Assembly (NCBI GenBank): GCA_002492465.1
Contig: DKYT01000019.1
Location: 40,815-104,814, forward strand
Origin: Lachnospiraceae bacterium UBA7093
GTDB taxonomy: Bacteria > Bacillota > Clostridia > Lachnospirales > Lachnospiraceae
Direction: 5' to 3'
Length of the DNA: 64,000 nucleotides
Position 1 is the stretch's first letter. Every line of letters begins with the position of its first letter. Below, piece by piece: positions 58,221-64,000 of the stretch. The position numbers and the translations under genes are program-made. The notes below the pieces were generated by a model that was given only the letters and a program-made list of their open reading frames with translations, was not told where the DNA came from and made no database searches.

Positions 58221-59280
58221 TGAAAAGAAAAAAGTAATTGTTTGGGGTTATGGAAAATACTACCAGTATAAAAAGAGATACCTGCAAAGGTTTTACAATA
58301 TTATAGGGATTATTGGAAGAGATATAAAAGAACAGGAAATAGATGGTTATCCGGTAATTGCTAAGGAATGGCTGTTAACGGGCAATTATGATGAAATTAT
58401 CATTATGTCTGATCTTTATATGTTTGAAATTCTGAAAGAAATATTGGCATTAGGAATTTCAACTGAAAAAATTGAGTTAGGAGTTAATTTGCCGCCGGCA
58501 ACAGGTGAAGAAGTGCAATATATTTCTCCAGAAGAAAAAATGACAGTACGTGACGATGGCGTGATTCTGTGGAATGGTATGAAAGAGGTTAATTGTCGTG
58601 AGGATATAGAGTTGTTGAAAAAGCTGCATGTGGGAAGCATGTCAGAAAATACCATCAGGGAACTGCCAATAAAGCCGCTGTCTTACAATTATGGACATAC
58701 CCGGGGGTATTCAATTGCAAGGTATTATATTGATTCCTTTGTAAGGGAACATATAGAAGATATTAAAGGGTCTGTTTTGGAAATCGGGGATGCCCGTTAT
58801 AGCGTACTTGGTGGAAACGCAGTGAAAAAACAGCAAATTTTAGTTTTGGAGGGAGAAACGGGAGGCAATTATATAAAAGGTAATTTAGAAACTGGAGAGG
58901 GAATACAGAATGAAAGTATTGATTGTTTTATTTTGACGAATGTTTTTTCATGCCTCTTTGATGTTAAAAAAGCAATACATTATGTGGGAAAATGTCTGAG
59001 AAATGGTGGAAAAGCGATTATCACAGTACCCGGAATTGCGGCATTGTCACGTGCAGATAATGAAACGTATGGTCAGTTTTGGAGGTTTACACCGTTAGGG
59101 TTCAGAAGATTATTAGAAGAGAATATTCCGGAAGCATCTATTTCCATAACGGAATATGGAAATGTAAAGACAAGTGCGGCTTTTTTATACGGGTTAACAA
59201 TAGAAGACTTAACGCAGGAAGAACTGGCTTACCATGATAGCAGCTATCCGTTAGTGATTGGCGCTTATGTTGAAAAGTAA
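58213..59280 (+). CDS. SAM-dependent methyltransferase with a Rossmann-like N-domain
   Basis: RGYSIARYYI, VLEIGD, LRNGGKAIITVPG, FWRFT. Confidence 0.75.
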   Translation: MSNEKKKVIVWGYGKYYQYKKRYLQRFYNIIGIIGRDIKEQEIDGYPVIAKEWLLTGNYDEIIIMSDLYMFEILKEILALGISTEKIELGVNLPPATGEEVQYISPEEKMTVRDDGVILWNGMKEVNCREDIELLKKLHVGSMSENTIRELPIKPLSYNYGHTRGYSIARYYIDSFVREHIEDIKGSVLEIGDARYSVLGGNAVKKQQILVLEGETGGNYIKGNLETGEGIQNESIDCFILTNVFSCLFDVKKAIHYVGKCLRNGGKAIITVPGIAALSRADNETYGQFWRFTPLGFRRLLEENIPEASISITEYGNVKTSAAFLYGLTIEDLTQEELAYHDSSYPLVIGAYVEK

Positions 59281-59301
59281 ATATTTTAGGAGCAGAAGTA
59301 T

Positions 59302-60528
59302 ATGATATTACTTTATCATAAGGTTAATGAATTGCAGCAGGATTACAATAATCTGGCAGTTACCTTAGAGAACTTTAAGTATCAATTAGAACTGATTGAG
59401 AAATATTTTCCGATCGTACCGCTTTCGGAACATCGAGAGGGTACAATAGCAATTACTTTTGATGATGGATTTCAGGATGTTTTAAAAAATGCCAGTCCTT
59501 ACTTAAATAGCAAGGGCATTCCCGCGACCATTTTTATCACAACAGGACAAATAGGCAAACAAGAGGAATTGTGGACAACCGAGCTGTTGCGGTTGATTTT
59601 TACAGGGAATCATCAGAAGCAAAAGTTTTATCTGGAACTGCCATCTTTTTGCTATGAGTTTGCTGTCGGAAATCTGGAGGAAAAATATACGCTTTATCTG
59701 GCATTGCGCAGATTGTGCATGAAATCAGATGATGTTATGCAGCAGGACATTCTTGGACAATTACGTGATTGGTCAGAACAAAAAGAAGCAGGAAGAGAAG
59801 AATATGCTTTTTTGACGGAAGAGGAGATAGCAGAGCTTTCGGGGAACAAGCTGATTACAATAGGGGCACATACTGTTCATCATGTTTCGTTAGGGACTTT
59901 TCCGAAAGAGTATCAGGAAAAGGAAATATATGAATCTAAGAAAAAGCTTGAGCAGATTACAGGACATCAGATTTATTATTTTTCCTATCCTTTTGGCAGC
60001 AAAAACGATTACAATGCGGATACCATAAAAGTTTTGAAAAAAGAGGGATTTCGACAAGCTTACACCGCAGTTTCACAACCCGGAAGGGATAAGGACTATG
60101 AGATCCCGCGTATAGCAGTGCCCAATATAGGGAAAGGGGAGTTTGATGAGTGGTTTTATTGCACGATTTTACAAAAGGTACCGCAGGATAGTCTGAAAAG
60201 TAAAAAAGTAACTTATATCGGGAAATTGGAACACGACAAAGCGCTGATAAATGGAAATGACGGTATTGCTATTTTTGGGGCAGGAGGCAGGGGGCAGAAG
60301 CTTTTAAGGGACTTAAGGGCATATGGAAAGGAAGAGAAGGTTAAGTACTTTATTGACAATGATGAATCAAAACAAGGTTCCTATCTGCTTCATAAAAAGG
60401 TAATACCAATTGAGGAGATTGATCAGGATGAAATAAAAATTATCTTGGTGGACAGTGTGTGGGAAAAAGAGATGATAGATCAGTTGGTTGACCAGGGAAT
60501 AGAAGGAATACACTGGATTCTGCGGTAA
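59302..60528 (+). CDS. Polysaccharide deacetylase (CE4) with a C-terminal Rossmann-like domain
   Basis: LLYHKV, ITFDDG, IGAHTVHH, FSYPFG, IPRI; C-terminal IFGAGGRG...FIDND. Confidence 0.88.
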   Translation: MILLYHKVNELQQDYNNLAVTLENFKYQLELIEKYFPIVPLSEHREGTIAITFDDGFQDVLKNASPYLNSKGIPATIFITTGQIGKQEELWTTELLRLIFTGNHQKQKFYLELPSFCYEFAVGNLEEKYTLYLALRRLCMKSDDVMQQDILGQLRDWSEQKEAGREEYAFLTEEEIAELSGNKLITIGAHTVHHVSLGTFPKEYQEKEIYESKKKLEQITGHQIYYFSYPFGSKNDYNADTIKVLKKEGFRQAYTAVSQPGRDKDYEIPRIAVPNIGKGEFDEWFYCTILQKVPQDSLKSKKVTYIGKLEHDKALINGNDGIAIFGAGGRGQKLLRDLRAYGKEEKVKYFIDNDESKQGSYLLHKKVIPIEEIDQDEIKIILVDSVWEKEMIDQLVDQGIEGIHWILR

Positions 60529-60561
60529 AGTGATTGCCGGATACAATAAGGAGTATGTGGA

Positions 60562-61698
60562 ATGGCAAAAAAGAAGATAGGAATATTAACTTATCATAGA
60601 AGTATTAATTATGGAGCTTTTTTGCAGGCGTATTGTTTGTCCCAGTATGTAAAGCATATTAGTGGGGATACAGCTAAGGTAGAGATTATTGATTATACAT
60701 CAAAGATTTCCTATGAAATTTATAAAAGTACATTGTTTCAGGGGAAACATAAAATAGATAAATGGAAGCAAAGAATTGGTTTTGAGAGGTCATGCAGGTT
60801 GCTTCCATTAAGTAAAGACAGATTATGTACGGATAGTTTGGAAGAGATTGAAGTTTTTATAAAAAAGCAAAGCTATGACATTATTATTGTTGGGAGCGAT
60901 GAAGTATGGAAAGTGGACGGAATGCGCGGATTTCCAACGGCATATTGGCTTAATTTTGATATGGGAGATGTCGTAAGGATTTCCTATGCGGCATCTTCCA
61001 GGACAGATTTAAATCGGATAGAACAGAAGAAAAAGGAATATATAAAAAGCGCGGTCAATCGGTTTCAGTATTTGGGCGTCAGGGATCAGACAACCTATGA
61101 TATGGTAGTGCAAATTGGAGGTGGAAACCCTTACCATAATTGTGATCCGACTTTTCTGATTCCTTTTACATATGACAGGAAGGCATTCAAGGAGAAGCTA
61201 TACAAAAAATATAAAATAGAAAAAAAACAAAAAATATTTGGAATTATGATGCCGGACGAGAAAATTGTAAAAAAAATAAAAGACAAATTAGGGAATGAAT
61301 ATAAAATCATCGCATTATATGATTTTCAAGAAGAAGCTGATATCAATATGATTTCAATCAATCCATTTGAATGGATCAGGGTAATCGGCTGTTTAGACTT
61401 TTTGGTTACAGACCGCTTCCATGGAACTGCTTTTGCATTGAAAATGGGAATTCCCTTTTTATCTGTAGAAACATATGATAACCCCCAAAACAGTAAATTG
61501 CACTATTTGTTAGACAGCAATGATTTGAGCGAACACTATTTGGTTTATCGTAATGGAAACAGGATTTATCAGGAGATTTTGGAGAAAATTGCATTGATTT
61601 CAGAAGGATATGATGGAGATAAGATAAAAAAGGTTTTACAAAAAGAAAGGCTAAAAAGTAAGAGCTTCAAGAAAAAATTATTAAATTTATTAAGATAA
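60562..61698 (+). CDS. Polysaccharide pyruvyl transferase family protein
   Basis: INYGAFLQAY, VGSDEVW, SYAAS, GVRD, CDPTFL, TDRFHG. Confidence 0.88.
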   Translation: MAKKKIGILTYHRSINYGAFLQAYCLSQYVKHISGDTAKVEIIDYTSKISYEIYKSTLFQGKHKIDKWKQRIGFERSCRLLPLSKDRLCTDSLEEIEVFIKKQSYDIIIVGSDEVWKVDGMRGFPTAYWLNFDMGDVVRISYAASSRTDLNRIEQKKKEYIKSAVNRFQYLGVRDQTTYDMVVQIGGGNPYHNCDPTFLIPFTYDRKAFKEKLYKKYKIEKKQKIFGIMMPDEKIVKKIKDKLGNEYKIIALYDFQEEADINMISINPFEWIRVIGCLDFLVTDRFHGTAFALKMGIPFLSVETYDNPQNSKLHYLLDSNDLSEHYLVYRNGNRIYQEILEKIALISEGYDGDKIKKVLQKERLKSKSFKKKLLNLLR

Positions 61699-61715
61699 GC
61701 AGAGAAAGGGTAAAA

Positions 61716-62927
61716 ATGGGAGAGGAAAATACAATGTACCCGCTTGTATCAGTTGTGATACCTGCATATAACAGAGAAAAAACGATATTAAGAGCATTAA
61801 ATAGCGTACTCGGGCAGACCTATTCTAATATAGAAGTAATAGTCGTAGATGATGGTTCAACGGATTCGACGGCACAGGTTGTGAAAAACCGTGCAGATGA
61901 AAGAGTTCGATTGATATGTCTTTCAAGGAATCAGGGTGCGAACAAAGCCCGAAATAGGGGTATAAGTGAAGCAAAAGGAGAGTATATTGCTTTTCAGGAT
62001 AGCGATGATGAATGGCTGACCGACAAGTTGGAAAAGCAATTGGCATATATGTTTAAAATTTCCGCCAAGGCTGTTTACTGCCCATACATCCTATATGATG
62101 AAGGTAAAACCTGCATAGTACCGAAGAATTATATGAATCAGGATATATGTGAAAAAAATGTGGCTGAAGTGTTGAAAAAAGACAACATTGTGGGCACACC
62201 TACACTTATGATTAAGCGGGAGTTATTTTTTAAAATAGGAATGTTCGATGTAGATATGAAAAGATTGCAGGATTATGAATTTGTGATTCGTCTGGTAAAA
62301 AATGAACGCTTAGCATATATACAAGAACCGCTTGTTAAAGCATATCGAATGGAACAAAGTATAACGTCTAACAGGCATTTGGTTTTAGAGGCTTATACAA
62401 AAATATTGGAAAAGCATTCTGATTTTGTAGATATTAATACTGTTTTTCGCAGGTATTTATGGAATGCGGAAACATTATGGAATGGTCAGATGCACTGGTC
62501 TGAATTTGATAAAATAGTAGAATTAATCAGTAAATCAGGAAAGGGAATCACGAGGGAGGAATGCTATAAAACAGCAATACAATATTTTTATAATCAGGAC
62601 TGGATGAAGATGAACGTATTGACAGATTGGTATTTAACTTTCAGGGATAATTTAAAAGCGGGGGAGTTTGCTATTTATGGTGCGGGAATGTGGGGGCAGG
62701 AAGCGTACTACGCAATGAAAAGGGAAAATGATATACCTAAGTGTTTTGTGGTGACAGAACAAGAAAATGAAACGACAATTGATGAAATACCAGTTAAGAC
62801 ATTGGCAGAACAGGAAGACTTGGAAATGCCTGTAATAATTGCAGTTTCATGGGAAAAACAAAATGAGTTGATAAAAAACCTGGTTCATAAAGGCATGTAT
62901 AGATTCTGTATCTATCCATTTGGATGA
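61716..62927 (+). CDS. GT2 glycosyltransferase with a C-terminal Rossmann-like domain
   Basis: VSVVIPAYN, VVDDGSTD, ARNRG, FQDSDD; C-terminal IYGAGMWG. Confidence 0.9.
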   Translation: MGEENTMYPLVSVVIPAYNREKTILRALNSVLGQTYSNIEVIVVDDGSTDSTAQVVKNRADERVRLICLSRNQGANKARNRGISEAKGEYIAFQDSDDEWLTDKLEKQLAYMFKISAKAVYCPYILYDEGKTCIVPKNYMNQDICEKNVAEVLKKDNIVGTPTLMIKRELFFKIGMFDVDMKRLQDYEFVIRLVKNERLAYIQEPLVKAYRMEQSITSNRHLVLEAYTKILEKHSDFVDINTVFRRYLWNAETLWNGQMHWSEFDKIVELISKSGKGITREECYKTAIQYFYNQDWMKMNVLTDWYLTFRDNLKAGEFAIYGAGMWGQEAYYAMKRENDIPKCFVVTEQENETTIDEIPVKTLAEQEDLEMPVIIAVSWEKQNELIKNLVHKGMYRFCIYPFG

Positions 62928-63808
62928 TACCAAATATTTTGCAAATAAAACATACGCAGCCCAAGGAGAGCATTATGCAAAAAACAGCGGTAGTGATATT
63001 AAATTACATGAATTATCAAGAAACCTTAACCTGCGTTGAGAGTGTACTGTTGCAAAAAAATGTATCTTTTCAGGTGGTAGTGGTAGACAATGGTTCAGCA
63101 AATGAATCCTTCCGGATTCTGGCGGAGCAATATCGTCATAACAGGCTGGTGCATGTAATCAGGGCGAGAAAAAACTACGGATTTGCAAGAGGAAACAATA
63201 TTGGAATACAGTATGCCAGAAAACGGCTGCAGACAGACTTTGTTCTGCTGATAAACAGCGATACGGTCATGACGGATGAGAATTATATCCATACACTGCT
63301 TTCACATATTGGGGAAAAGGTTGGGGTGGTTGGAAGTGAAATTATCCTAAGGAGCGGTAAGAAGCAGAAACCCTATTATGAGTATGTGGAGTTCCCTACA
63401 ACCTTAATATACTATGTTTACCTTCTGAGTGGATTATATGGCATAAATGCGCTGGAAAACCGTATGGAGCATTTGCTGGAAAAGAGAAGAAAAGAGCAGA
63501 TATTGCATGGCAGTGCATGGATGCTCACGCCAACATATTTAAAAGCTTATGACGGGCTGTATAGTAGAACATTTCTTTACAAAGAGGAAATTCTGCTTTA
63601 TATCATGTGTAAGCGGGCAGGTTTAAAACAGGTGTATGCCAGGGACACCAGTATTTTCCATAAGGAGGATCAATCCTCAAGGTTTTTGTTCTGCAACAGA
63701 AATACCGTGCAGGCAAAATACGAGTTGCAGTCATACAAATATGTGGTATGGGAGAGCTTTAAAAATTTTATGAAATACAAAATTTTGAAATATAGGAGGA
63801 TGGAATGA
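62924..63808 (+). CDS. GT2 glycosyltransferase (rhamnosyltransferase-like)
   Basis: VVILNY, VVDNGS, NYGFARGNN, LINSD, FLYKEE. Start may be the later Met (MQKTAVV). Confidence 0.88.
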   Translation: MIPNILQIKHTQPKESIMQKTAVVILNYMNYQETLTCVESVLLQKNVSFQVVVVDNGSANESFRILAEQYRHNRLVHVIRARKNYGFARGNNIGIQYARKRLQTDFVLLINSDTVMTDENYIHTLLSHIGEKVGVVGSEIILRSGKKQKPYYEYVEFPTTLIYYVYLLSGLYGINALENRMEHLLEKRRKEQILHGSAWMLTPTYLKAYDGLYSRTFLYKEEILLYIMCKRAGLKQVYARDTSIFHKEDQSSRFLFCNRNTVQAKYELQSYKYVVWESFKNFMKYKILKYRRME

Positions 63809-64000
63809 AAAAAGGCATAGTGGGCGTGACAATGGCATTAGCCGGAGCTGGTATGGGAGCGATGGCTGCCGGAAAAGCATTGGAGAAAAAAGTAGATAAA
63901 TGGCAGCAGATGTCGGATAAGCATTTGGCTTTATTCATGATGATGAATCGCTGGGTAAAAGTAAAACAGGAGGGTAAAAACCTGTCAGAGTATTTCGAGA
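63805..64000 (+). CDS. Small hypothetical protein with a hydrophobic N-terminus, truncated by the window edge
   Basis: ATG overlaps the upstream stop, AGGAGG RBS; MKKGIVGVTMALAGAG...QEGKNLSEYFE is open to the end. Confidence 0.7.
   Translation, partial: MKKGIVGVTMALAGAGMGAMAAGKALEKKVDKWQQMSDKHLALFMMMNRWVKVKQEGKNLSEYFE

Overview
Chromosomal segment of a spore-forming Clostridia bacterium (spoVT present; gene style suggests Lachnospiraceae). Bases 1-47955 hold housekeeping and nutrient-uptake genes: trmL, an OmpR-type two-component pair, mutS2, spoVT, a polyamine ABC transporter, patB/cysK, an Opp-type ABC transporter with an M20 amidohydrolase, a nucleoside-ABC/ribokinase/paired ADP-ribosylglycohydrolase operon, pncB, a GH32 fructan locus with a frameshifted permease, and a Fic gene. 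From about 47960 an accessory locus begins. A tyrosine recombinase gene and an outward-facing near-consensus promoter lie between two lox-like 23-bp sites in inverted orientation, forming a predicted invertible switch captured in the OFF state. Next come a full-length TnpB/Cas12f-like gene with all three RuvC catalytic acids replaced, a roughly 410-nt densely structured non-coding region, and a co-oriented surface-protein/polysaccharide cluster of more than 12 kb that runs off the window. This invertase + dead TnpB + structured RNA + glycan operon arrangement is the best candidate for an undescribed system. All calls were made by eye; no searches, alignments or folding were run.
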